A DNA stretch of 64,000 nt from Octopus sinensis (Eukaryota), in assembly GCF_006345805.1 (NCBI RefSeq), contig NC_043019.1, positions 13,949,360 through 14,013,359 of the forward strand, read 5' to 3'. Below the pieces are notes generated by a model, which had not been told where the DNA came from, searched no databases, and saw only the letters and a program-made list of their open reading frames with translations. How positions within the stretch are numbered: position 1 is the stretch's first letter; each line of letters begins with the position of its first letter. Made by a program: the position numbers and the translations under genes. Positions 52,178 to 64,000 of this stretch are shown in pieces.

Positions 52178-53259
52178 TTGGGGAAATTTCAAACCTGGGT
52201 TCTCATTCCTAAGATATTTTTCGATGTTGTTGTTGTTACACTTACACTCTGTCATATGTGCACAGACAGTGCACGTCCAGCGGAGCATGCTAGCTTCATT
52301 TCTTTCAAGCCTTCGCATGTCCTCTGCAGTCACAGCTGATATTTCACTACAAATTGAGGAAATCTTTTCTTTCAAACACTTGGTAACCTACTAGTGGTCA
52401 GCATTTGGAAGGACACTGACCTCAGAAACCAAGCCAAAAGCAGACACTGGTGCACAACACAGCCCTCTGACCTGTTAAATCTTATTAAACCAGCCAAGCT
52501 GTGCCAGCATTAAAGACAAATGTTAAAAGATGATGATGATGATGATGATGATGATGATATATGACAAGCTTCCTTGCAGTTTCCATCTACTGAATCCAGT
52601 GACAATGCATTAGTCAGCTCGGGCCTGTAGTAGCAGAAGTCACTTGCTTAAGGTGACCTCCAGGCATGACTGTGTGGCAAAAAGTTTGCTTCCCAACCAC
52701 ATCATTCCAGGTTCAATTCCACTGCGTGGCACTTTGGGCTAGTGTCTTTTACAATTGCCTCAGGCCAACCAAAGCCTTGTGAATGGATCTGGTAGAAGGA
52801 AAATGAAAGAAGCCTATCGTATATGTGTATATGTATATCTGTGTGTGTGTGTGAGTCTTTGTATCTGTGTTTGTCCCCCCACCACAACTTGACAACTGGT
52901 GTTGGTACATTTACGTCCCCATAACTTACCTGTATGTCATAAGAGACTGATAGACTAACTACCAGGCTATTAAAAAAACAATGTCCTGGGGTCATTTCAG
53001 TTAACAAAAATTCTCCAAGACAGTGCCCCAGCATGGCCACAGTCTAATGAGACCGAAACAAGTCAAAAATAAAAGAAACCATAAAAGATACAGGGGGATT
53101 GAACCCCAAAACATATGGTCTGGAAGTGGACTTCTTACCATGCAGCCATTCCTGTGACTACTTATTTATTTATTTATTTATCTATTTATCTATTTATTTA
53201 TTTATTTATTTATCTATTTATTTATCTATTTATCTATTTATTTATTTATTTATTTTCAG

Positions 53260-53433
53260 GCGCAACAGCTCTGCCTTCAGGGCATTTGACAGCATGGAAC
53301 ACATGGTCCGAGTGTTCCGTCACATGTGGCACGGGCCAGAGGAACAGACAACGGCTGTGTTTACCGTTAGGTTCTCATTGTGAAAGCAACATGACACAAC
53401 AGACCTTTTGCAAGGTAGTAAGCTGTAGTGATG
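53260..53433 (+). CDS. Exon 4: TSP1 repeat 2 (LTAWNTWSECSVTCGTGQRNRQRLC...)
   Basis: ttttcag acceptor, G|gtaagt donor, 174 nt, phase 1-1, six Cys, CSVTCG motif. Confidence 0.93.
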
Positions 53434-53754
53434 GTAAGTTTTGAAGGGTCATTAAGCCATTTTATCTTTGTCCACAAGCGCCTAGGAACTTCTCACATTG
53501 TTCCAGCCTTACACAACTACATTCTTTGAAGTTATACCACACGATATTTCACCAAAACTCCATTGTATATAGATAAGAAAATATACCACAACATAGGCGC
53601 AGGGGTGGCTGTGTGATAAGTAGCTTGCTTACGAACCACATGGTTCCGGGTTCAGTCCCACTGCGTGGCACCTTGGGCAAGTGTCTTCTACTATAGCCTC
53701 GGGCCGACCAAAGCCTTGTGAGTGGATTTGGTAAATGGAAACTGAAAGAAGCCC

Positions 53755-53788
<34 letters not shown>

Positions 53789-54315
53789 ATGTGTGTGTAT
53801 ATGTTTCGTGTGTCTGTGTTTGTCCTCCCAACATCGCCCCACAACCGATACTGGTGTGGTTACGTTCCCCGTAACTTAGCGGTTCGACAAAAGAGACCTA
53901 TTAGAATAAGTACTAGGCTTACAAAGAATAAGACCTGGGGTCGATTTGCTTGACTAAAAGGCGGTGCTCCAGCATGGCCACAGCCAAATGACTGAAACCA
54001 GTAATAGAGTAAAAGAAAAGAGCATAATTTTACACAATCAAGTAGATTGATTAATACCTGGGCGTATGTGTGTTCACACCTGTATGAGTAGTGTTTGTAT
54101 GCGTGTGTGTGGTGTGTGTGTGTATGCAGACATTATAGACACTGTGCTGTAATTTCATCTTTTGCAGGTACATTATTTCCAGGTTTCATGTCAATAAAGG
54201 TTAATGGCCAGATAATTGCCCTGGGCTTGCGTGACACTCAACTAAAGCTGATGTGAAAATTGAATATTCTAGCGTCAGTGACAAATCACACTGACTTATA
54301 TTTGTGCAGCACACA

Positions 54316-54346
<31 letters not shown>

Positions 54347-54443
54347 TACATATACAGTATATATACACATTTATATACATACATACATATATATATGTTT
54401 GTATTTATATATACATATATATATATGCATATATATATATATG

Positions 54444-54489
<46 letters not shown>

Positions 54490-54546
54490 TTTATGTATGT
54501 ATATATATGTATAATATATGTATATATATATGTATATATATATATG

Positions 54547-54587
<41 letters not shown>

Positions 54588-54614
54588 CACACACAACATT
54601 TCAAAATAAGATTA

Positions 54615-54648
<34 letters not shown>

Positions 54649-54737
54649 ATACATACATACATACATACACACATACATACATATATACCTACATATATGT
54701 ATGTGTGTATATATGTATGTATATATATGTATGTATG

Positions 54738-54771
<34 letters not shown>

Positions 54772-55045
54772 TGTATGTATGTATGTATGTATGTATGTAT
54801 GTATGTATGGACACATAGATTTCTGTTGTTTGCAAATACATCTTTTTTTCCACTAAAATCGAAAGTTAAATTGCCTGTGTGCATAATACAAAGTATTAAG
54901 CTGCAGAAATTTTCCTCGTTAATTTTTATTACAGTGAGAAAAAAGCAACACTAAGCTTTATTAGATTTTGAGATTATTTATTTTTTATATCAAAATAAGA
55001 AAATGAGATGACAGAGAAATAAACAAATATCTTATGAGCTCCATT

Positions 55046-55126
55046 AGCTTACAGCCGTTTCTGCTATAGGGCACAGTGGACTCATAGTTGAGTGCCTGAA
55101 TAACATTTTAGAGCTTCATCAGAGCT
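55046..55126 (-). ncRNA. Type I hammerhead ribozyme motif (PLE-like element ~54990-55150)
   Basis: Minus strand: AGCT-CTGATGA-aGCT...AGCa-GAAAC-ggct-GTA-AGCT; same family as 59849-59929. Confidence 0.65.
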
Positions 55127-55813
55127 TTGAATACGAAGTGCAGTTTTATTTAAATTGACATAAGCAGGCATTCTGTATGGCTAAGAATTGTACTAGGATG
55201 CAATTTGTTCCAGTAAAACCCTCAAGGTAGGGCCCAGTGACTGAACCAATAAATGATAAAAAATAACAAGGGTTAACTCAGTGGTTTTCATCTGCTTACA
55301 AAGAATAAGTCCTGGGGGCGATTTGCTCGACTAAAGGCAGTGCTCCAGCATGGCCACAGTCAAATGACTGAAACGAGTAAAAGAGTAGAGGATTTTTTTA
55401 AAACATTGAATGGCTGTATATGGTGGGCGAGCTGGCAGAATCGTTAGCATGCTGGGCGAAATGCTTAGCGATATTTCGTCTGCCGCTACGTTCTGAGTTC
55501 AAATTCCGCCGAGGTCGACTTTGCCTTTCATCCTTTCAGGGTCGATTAAATAAGTACCAGTTACGCACTGGGGTCAATATAATCGACTTAATCCGTTTGT
55601 CTGTCCTTGTTTGTCCTCTCTGTGTTTAGCCCCTTGTGGGTAGTAAAGAAAGATGTATATGGTGGGGGAGGTGTCAATCCAAGTAAAATAGGAACCAGGA
55701 GGACCCATAGCTAAAAAAAAATGGTTGAGAAAGAAACACTGAGTTAAATAGTTACCATTTTATTCATCTTACACAATTTCAATTGTCTGTTCAATGTTTT
55801 TTTCTTTTTATAG

Positions 55814-56035
55814 TCGCTACCATCGAATTATCAGCGCCAACAACGAAGAAAGAGGCTTCTGTCAAAATGCTTATTCCAACAGGACACTGGACCATATGGC
55901 AAGGATGGTCCCAGTGTTCCAGCTCGTGTGGGCTCGGGATCAGAAAACGCACGCGTGTATGTTTGCCCTATGGTTTTCACTGCGAGGGTGACCTGCTCGA
56001 AATGGCTTCATGCATAATGCAGACATGTGATTCAG
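55814..56035 (+). CDS. Exon 5: linker plus TSP1 repeat 3 (WTIWQGWSQCSSSCGLGIRKRTRVC...)
   Basis: ttttatag acceptor, G|gtaaag donor, 222 nt, phase 1-1, six Cys. Confidence 0.93.
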
Positions 56036-56879
56036 GTAAAGAAAAAATGCTTATACTGCTCTGGTAGTTAATTGTTACCCCCCTTACATTCTGTTTTTTT
56101 TTCACAACCCTTATATAAACGCAGGGTAGCTGTGTATCATCTCTATAGCAATACACCTCTGTCTCTGCTTGACTCTGGCATGAAAATTGCCTCACCACCC
56201 CCTCAAATACTCCTCCCACTTAGTTGAGAACAATCCATCCAATGTCCTCACACCTATTCCCAACTCCCTGCTTCTCCCTTTTGTTGCTCTTTCTTGTGTC
56301 GCAAACTACTTGGCAACCCCATAAATGTCAGCGACATGCAAATCAACTGAGGTCGATTTGTTCGACTAAAAGGCAGTGCTCCAGTATGGCCACACTCAAA
56401 GAATACAAGAATATATAACAAAACAGGATGGTGGAAAGTATTTTTGGTATTATTTATTCTCCATTACACATGTTTCATTAACTAATAGGAATTACGAAGT
56501 TGTACGTGTTGGATAAACATGCAAGGAATTTCCTATTAGTAAGTCTCCAGAGTGGATTGTAATATTGGAATAAGCAGATGTACTTCAAGAGGACACAGCT
56601 TGGATTTTCCCCTACATATAGTATATATCATCATTTAATGTCCGTTTTCCATGATGTATGGTTTAACAGGAGCTGACCAGCTGAAGTGCTGAAGGCTTCT
56701 TGCCTGTTTTGGTATGATTTCTATAGCTGGATGCCCTTCCTAGTGGCAAGCACTTGACAAATAAAGAGCTGTTTATTTATTAATTCAGGAACAATTAATT
56801 CGCTCGGTCAAACAACTGAATTCTTGCTATCAAGCACTGAAGATCCAATGTCATCTGCTATGATGTTTGTGTGTGTGTG

Positions 56880-56924
<45 letters not shown>

Positions 56925-57230
56925 TTGTAGTTGAAATTTTGCAGTTATTGCTATTTCATCTTTCTTTACTATCCACAAGGGCTAAACACAGAGAGGACGA
57001 ACAAGGACAGACAAACGGATTAAGTCGATTACATCGATCCCCAGTGCATAACTGGTACTTATTTAATTGACCCTGAAAGGATGAAAGGCAAAGTCGACCT
57101 TGGCGGAATTTGAACTCAGAACGTAGCGGCAGACGAAATACCTATTTCTTTACTACCCACTTAATTCAGTGACTTCCCTCTTTCCCTCTACATTTTCTTC
57201 TGTTTGACATTTTTTTTTTTTTTTTATTAG

Positions 57231-57584
57231 CGAACAAAGTAATACCAAAACTGACCACGAAAACAACAAAACAAACGAAAGCAACAAATCCGATAAGAAC
57301 AACAACAGCAAAACCGACCACGACAACAACAAAAAGAACAACGGCAAAGCCGGCAGTGAAAGCACAAAGACCACCAGCAAAACCGGCAGTGAAAGCCACA
57401 CGACCACCACCAAAGACAACGACAATGTTTTCACTTGGCAAATGGAAGGCCTGGCACGAATGGTCAGAATGTTCAGTCTCCTGCGGTTACGGCATCCAGC
57501 GAAGGGAGCGTATTTGTTTAAATTCACACTGCATCGGTTTTTCTACAGAAACTGTGCAATGCATGGAACGACACTGTGAATCAG
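57231..57584 (+). CDS. Exon 6: Thr/Lys/Pro-rich mucin-like linker plus TSP1 repeat 4 (WKAWHEWSECSVSCGYGIQRRERIC...)
   Basis: Poly-T plus tag acceptor, G|gtaagg donor, 354 nt open in phase 1-1. Confidence 0.92.
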
Positions 57585-58396
57585 GTAAGGTCACGTTTTG
57601 ATTATATGAATAATTAAAAATCTAGGCACAGGAGTGGCTGTGTGGTAAGTAGTTTGCTTACCAACCACATGGTTCCGGGTTCAGTCCCACTGCGTGGCAC
57701 CTTGGGCAAGTGTCTTCTACTATAGCTTCGGGTCGACCAAAGCCTTGTGAGTGGATATGGTAGACAGAAACTGAAAGAAGCCCGCTGTATATATGTGTAT
57801 ATATACATGTATGTGTGTGTATATATGGTTGTGTGTCTGTGTTTGTCCTCCCTAACATTGCTTCACAACCGATGCTGGTGTGTTTACGTCCCCGTAACTT
57901 AGCAGTTTGGCAAAAGAGACCGATAGAATAAGTACTGGGGTCGATTTGCTCGACTAAAGAGTGTGGAAGCAATAACGAAGTCAAGTGTGGATGGCCGATG
58001 GATGTGTGCTACTGAGGAAGATTCTCTATAGTTCTGTATGATTATGCAGCATTAGTACTACTATCATACATCAGATATAAACTGCTGCTAAGGGGGAAGA
58101 CATGGCTGTGCTGTGTGGTTGAGAGAAGTTTGTTTCCCAGTCACATGTCCTTTGGTTCAATCCCCCTTTGTGGCACCTAGGGCAAGTGTCTTCTACTATA
58201 GCACTGGGCCAACCAAAGCCTTGTGAGTGGATTTGGTAGGTGGAAACTGATGGGAAATTTATCAAGTAGTTAGCGTGAAAAACCTCATAAGGGAAAAATC
58301 CATCAATTATTCCTCTTAAATATATTTACATATATTAAGGGCATTACTATACATAAATGCCTCACGCTAGGAGGGACTGTTAAAGTCAAAACTACC

Positions 58397-58447
<51 letters not shown>

Positions 58448-58726
58448 CAAAATAAGAAAATGGAGGAATAGATTCCTTTCAATCATCAACTTCCAGATAA
58501 TACCAATTCATATAAGCAATAACCCCTATCTCACTTTGTATATATATATATATATATATATATATGCATACACAAATAAAGAGAATGAGAGGGTGTGCCT
58601 TCATGCACATCTGTAGACAATAGCATACATAAATTTATGCATATCTATGATTGTATGCTGCCGTAAACCAACATCGAATTAATACAATTTAATAATGGTC
58701 ATCTGTTCACAATTTACTTCTTTTAG

Positions 58727-58876
58727 AGTGGACTTCGTGGAATGAATGGTCAGTTTGCTCAGTGACATGTGGCAATGGTCATCGCAGCAGAAATCGCGTC
58801 TGTTTGCTGAGTAGCTCTACATGTATTGGTGTCGTCAAAGAGGTCGGACCCTGTGTCCAGCCTCTCTGTGTCCATG
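58727..58876 (+). CDS. Exon 7: TSP1 repeat 5 (EWTSWNEWSVCSVTCGNGHRSRNRVCLLSSSTCIGVVKEVGPCVQPLCVH)
   Basis: Translated by hand (not in the ORF track); cttttag acceptor, G|gtgagc donor, 150 nt, phase 1-1, six Cys. Confidence 0.92.
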
Positions 58877-59848
58877 GTGAGCATGTATTTGAAATGATTT
58901 TCTTGAAAAAGGTCTTTTATTTAAAAAAATTTTTTTGAAAAATACCTGTTTCCTCTAATGGTTACAGCTGTTTCGTTTCCTTGTAATACAAAACAAGGTT
59001 ATCATCGTTTAACGTCCGCTTTCCATGCTAGCATGGGTTGGATAATTTGACTGAGGGCTGGCGAACCAGATGGCTGCACCAGGCTCCAATCTGATCTGGC
59101 AGAGTTTCTACAGCTGGATGCCCTTCCTAACGCCAACCACTCCAAGAGTGTAGTGGGTGCTTTTACGTGCCACTGGCACGGGGCCAGTCAGGCAACGACC
59201 TTGCTCGAATCTTTTACACATGCCATCGGCACAGGTGCCAGTAAGGCAATGCTGCTGTAAGACGATGAAATTCAAAATTGAAATTAAGGACCGAAAGTGT
59301 ACAATCGTGAATACAAGGCGCCAAAATGAGGTTCTGCCAAAAAGTCTCTGTATTGATATTACCCAATAGGGTTCATGTCTCAGAGATCAGGGAGTCTCTC
59401 CAGGTCAAGCCACTACTTCTTTGTGTTGAGGGGTCACAGCTCTGGTGCTGTGGATGTGATTAGAATGTTGTGTGTGTGTGTGTGTGTGCATATGTATCTG
59501 CATGTGTGTGTGCATGTCTATGTCTGCATGTGTGTATGTGTGTGTGTCTCTTTCTCTCTCACACACACTCTCTCTCTGGCTGTGTATCTATCTATCTATC
59601 TGTCTGTCTGTCTGTCTATCTGTGTGTGTGTGTGTATTGATTTTTCACTTAGGCATAGTGATACTAATACCACAGTCTTAAAACCCAGTATACATATGCT
59701 CAGAATAAAGCATTAGTTGAGTACAGAGCACAATTATGAAATTAAGTAAATGACAAAAGAACAGGAAATTATACAATGAACTGTTTCTGCTATAAGATGT
59801 CATTCACCTAGAGTTTCTAAAAATGAAGTGCACTACTTCATTTTATAA

Positions 59849-59929
59849 AGCTCTGAGGAAGCTATAAGGTGATGCACAAGCACCCAGCTCTGGTTGCATT
59901 GCATCTTATAGCAGAAACTGTTGTAAGCT
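59849..59929 (+). ncRNA. Type I hammerhead ribozyme motif, sense to the TSP1 gene intron (fold-back element ~59745-59971)
   Basis: AGCT-CTGAGGA-a-GCTATAAGGTG...CATCTTATAGC-a-GAAAC-tgtt-GTA-AGCT; the element has inverted termini. Confidence 0.65.
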
Positions 59930-60408
59930 ATTGAAGCTCATTGCATAATTTTCTGTTCTTTTGTCATTTATATACATATATATGTTTGTCTTTTACTTGT
60001 TTCAGTTATTGGACTGCAGCCATACTGGGGCACTGCTTTAGAAGGTTTTAATCAAACAAATTGACTTATTTTATCAATCATTTTTGTCGAACTGCTAAGT
60101 TACTGGGATGTAAACAAACCAATGGCAGTTGGCACATAACGCAAAAACACACATGCATATACAATCAACATACATATATAATCAACAGGCTTCCGCACAG
60201 TTTCTGTCTGCCAAATTTACTCACAAGACATCGGTCAGCTTGGGGATTGTAGTAGAAGACACTTGTCAAAGGTAGGACTCGACTCAAGCCCTGCAAAAGA
60301 ACTCAGAATATTGGGCTTCCAACCAGGCCTTTCATGATACCTTCAAAGCCAGGAACTTTTCAGCACCCCTTCAGATATACTTATATATATATATATATAC
60401 ACACCACA

Positions 60409-60454
<46 letters not shown>

Positions 60455-60662
60455 CATACACATACACACACACACACATATATATATATACATGCACACA
60501 CACACACACACACATATATACATACATACGCATGCACACACACACACACATATATATATATATTATATATATATATATACATATACATACACATACACAC
60601 ACACACACATATATATATATACATGCACACACACACACACACATTATACATACATACGCATG

Positions 60663-60698
<36 letters not shown>

Positions 60699-60895
60699 CA
60701 TACACATACTCATCATCATTTAATGTCCATTGACCGTGGATTGGACACCCTTGCATGGGTTGGACTGTGAGGAAAGAAACATGACCACTCCAGTTAGAAA
60801 AGAGAGAGATGTTGATGATGATGAAGTATCAGGCTGTACCATCAAGTTGCAAGGAGGTGATATTATCTTGGTTAATTGTGACAATAAGTGCTTAA

Positions 60896-61281
60896 CTCTT
60901 TAGATTTCAGATTCTTCTGTCAAATGTATTGCTTGTTTGTTCACATTGTTTTGAATTAATCATGCGTTATCTCGTAGCTTCGACATTTCAATGATGTGAT
61001 TGTTCGTGTTTAGAATAACATTGTAGGGTAGGTTTGAGAGGTCAGTTGCGTCTGGTTTAATCATGTAGCATTCGTGTTACTCTGTCGAATGTAAAGTTTG
61101 TTTGTTCACATTGTTTTGAATTAATCATGCGTTATCTCGTAGCTTTGAGAGTTCAATAATGTGATTGTATATTATTACAATGACATTGTTAGGCTGGTGT
61201 GAAAGGCCAGATCTGGTCACTTTGAACATAAAACAAGTAGAAAATTTTGGACCAGATATGGCCAGTTTAAATTCTAAAGGA
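60896..61281. mobile_element. piggyBac-like MITE (related fragments at 43225-43860 and 62427-62580)
   Basis: TTAA|CTCTTTAG...CTAAAGGA|TTAA; internal tandem duplication. Confidence 0.6.
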
Positions 61282-61484
61282 TTAAAAATAGTTTTACCCG
61301 TGTGTGTGTGTGTATGTGTGTGTGTGTGTGTGTGTGTGCTTGTGTGTGTATGTGTTAAATGCCTAAATCTCTGGAGAGCCTTTACAGAATGTCTTTTACA
61401 TCAGTTCAATCTAATTTCAGGTTGATCAACTTATCAGCAGGCTCTCTTGATTTGGTAATCTGTCATTTTATTTATCAATAACAG

Positions 61485-61676
61485 AGCAACAACATCCCAT
61501 AGCTGCAACCGGATACGCCAATGAACAGTGGAGCTCATGGACTGAATGGTCTGATTGCTCAGTGAAATGTGGCTCTGGCCACCGAACTCGATATCGTACC
61601 TGCAGTAAAAGCGTAACCATTTGTGCTGGTCATAACTCTGATGTTGAAGCCTGTGTCAAGGAGAGCTGTTTTGTAG
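61485..61676 (+). CDS. Exon 8: TSP1 repeat 6 (EQWSSWTEWSDCSVKCGSGHRTRYRTCSKSVTICAGHNSDVEACVKESCFV); the gene continues past the window
   Basis: Translated by hand (not in the ORF track); acag acceptor, G|gtaagg donor, 192 nt, phase 1-1, no stop. The window ends on an acceptor-like ggtttttgtttaatag (63985-64000). Confidence 0.9.
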
Positions 61677-61750
61677 GTAAGGATCATATTTATAACTTTT
61701 GTAAATAAAAATTAAATGGAAATTGTAGTTGTGTTACCCGTGCCAGTGGC

Positions 61751-62326
61751 GGTCATTCGGAATGCTCACAGCAGCCATATTCCTACCACTCTATGTCATG
61801 CTGGTGAAACCCATATTGGAGTACGGGATTCAAGCCTCTTCTCCTTATCTCCTCAAAGACATACAGCATCTCCAAAGAGTCCAGAAGTTGGCTACCCACA
61901 TGGTTCTTGGTCTCAAGCATTTGTCTTATGAAGAAAGGTTGAAGACGCTCGACCTTTATTCTCTAGAAAAACGACGATGCCGTGGTGATCTCATTCTTGC
62001 TCACAACATCATAAGCGGAAAGTGTAACCTCTCAAAAGAGCTGTTCTTCACTCCTGCTCCAGAGCGTCGGCTGCGGGGTCACCCCGAAAAGCTCTATCTG
62101 CGACGATTTCATCTCAATCGAAGGAGAGGGGCTTTCTCCGTCTGGGTTGTGGATCAGTGGAATAAGCTGCCGGACGAGATAGTGAAGATGCCGATGACCG
62201 CTCGGTTCAAAGTCTCCCTTGACCACAAGTGGCCTGAACTCTTTACATGAACACCACCCTGTACATAACTCCATGTCCCCCTACATGGCTTTGCTTTTTG
62301 AGCCAAAAAATTAACTAACTAACTAA
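61751..62326 (+). mobile_element. 5'-truncated CR1-clade LINE
   Basis: LY..LVKPILEYG....SPYL.KDI..LQRVQKLAT...LSYEERLK.LDLYSLEKRR.RGDLI; short 3' UTR and (TAAC)n tail. Confidence 0.88.
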
Positions 62327-62853
62327 CGTAAAAAGCACAATCCGATGCCATCGCTGTCTTGACTGGTGTCTGTGCCAGTGGCACGTAAAAAGCACCAACT
62401 GCTAAGCACCAACTAAGAAGACCTTTAAATTCTTTAGCGTTTAAACCAGCCACATCCAGCCCAAATATACTGTTTTATGGTCAAGTTGGCCAGGTTCATC
62501 CTATCACACCTATCCCACAATGTCATACTAAAGATAAAAGCATGTCATCAAAATCTCAAAGCTATGAGATAATGCATGATCATCAACATCAACATTTAAC
62601 AGCCATTGTCCATGCTGGCACCTAATCGACCCCAGGACTTATTCTTTGTAAGCCTAGTACTTATTCTATTGGTCTCTTTTGCAGAACCGCTAAGTTACAG
62701 GGGCATAAACATACCAGCATCAGTTGTCAAGCAATGTTGGGGGGACAAACACCGACACACAAACATATACACTCACATACATACATACATACATACATAC
62801 ATACATAAATACATACATACATACATACATATATACATACATACATACATACA

Positions 62854-62915
<62 letters not shown>

Positions 62916-64000
62916 CTTATATACGACGGGCTCCTTTCAGCTTCCGTCTACCAAATCCACTCACAAGGCTTTGGTTGGCCCAAGGCCAACCAAAGTAGAA
63001 GACACTTGCCCAAGGTGCCTCGCAATGGGACTGAACCCGGAACCATGTGGTTCATAAGCAAGCTACTTGCCACACAGCCACTCCTACGCCTTTTGAGAAA
63101 TCTTTTAAATGTACAGGTAGCAGTTTTTGATTTTGTCCAGCATGTTCTTGAGAATTTCCAGTTATTCTAATGTTGTTCTTAAGAGTCTGTTGAAAGCTTT
63201 TAGTAATTTTCTTGGAAGCATGCAATCCCAATTAAGTTGAAGAGATAAGATTTGAATTGATGCAGCAATTTGTAGTGAGAGAATTATCTTTGTCCAAGTC
63301 TTGAAAGCATCTTTGTTCTTTCTCATCCTCCAAGTGGTTGAGAGTAAGATGCATTCCATAAATCCGTGCCAGGAATCTCTGACCTCCATTAGCTTTAATT
63401 GGTCCTTAATCTAATGTTGTGAGTTTTTATCAATACCATCCAATGTAGTTGAGTGGTCTTTGTCCTCTATTAAGATGCAGAAGGAACTGAAATATAGCAT
63501 CTAATATGGCCTGTTGTCCACAACGATAGCAGTGACCAGCAAAGTCTATTCTGTGTTGGGCAATTATAGAGATGGGTTGAACATGTCCATAAATCTCCTT
63601 CTTGGACCTCGTGTTCACACCATGAGATGTGCCAGTGAAAGGTAGATGACCACAGTAGGAACACTTTTGATGACAGGTCTGCTCAGTCAGACTTGATGCA
63701 GAACTAAACGAGAATTCTTATCAGGAAGGGTAAGGGAGTGAACTCCAAATCTTAAATTGATAAAAAATGTGAATGAAGATTGAGAGAGAGAGAGAGAGAT
63801 AGAGACCTGACATGAGAGAGATGAAGGGCAGTTCAGTGCTTTTATTATCAGATGTTAGAACCTTTCAGCACATTCTGCTCTTGACCCCAACAAACATACA
63901 CACACACCACCCATCTTTTGCATCAGACATTTCAAACACATCTCGTTGAGATAAGTAAAATTGTTGTTGGACAGTAAATTAACTGGTTTTTGTTTAATAG

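Noticed and set aside
54168-54256. Possible alternative terminal exon or micro-exon after TSR2
   Set aside because: The acceptor is plausible but the donor and polyadenylation context are weak and the peptide is uninformative.

Overview
AT-rich, microsatellite- and SINE-saturated eukaryotic DNA. The repeat content suggests a coleoid cephalopod, most likely Octopus (inference). Nearly all ORFs in the supplied track are translation artefacts of (TA)n/(CA)n/(TACA)n arrays and SINE copies. One real protein-coding gene can be reconstructed on the + strand from 45400 to beyond the window end. It has a signal-peptide-like exon, a 1.67-kb exon (acidic, then unassigned, then Pro/Thr-rich) and six phase-1/phase-1 exons that each encode one thrombospondin type-1 repeat (>=995 aa). 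Three of its exons are missing from the ORF track. The rest is a mobile-element landscape: Helitrons (a helicase relic and a head-to-tail array), Tc1/mariner relics, Merlin-, piggyBac- and pogo-like MITEs, RTE and CR1 LINE fragments, and at least four tRNA-derived SINE families. Two less obvious signals stand out. (i) About ten type-I hammerhead ribozyme motifs or half-motifs lie in fold-back, Penelope-like elements; one is canonical and intact at 7196-7286 and two are in sense orientation inside introns of the gene. (ii) One SINE family forms head-to-tail 183-184-bp multimers with an invariant junction in the loop of its tRNA-like hairpin, suggesting copying from a multimeric or circular RNA template and/or self-targeted insertion.
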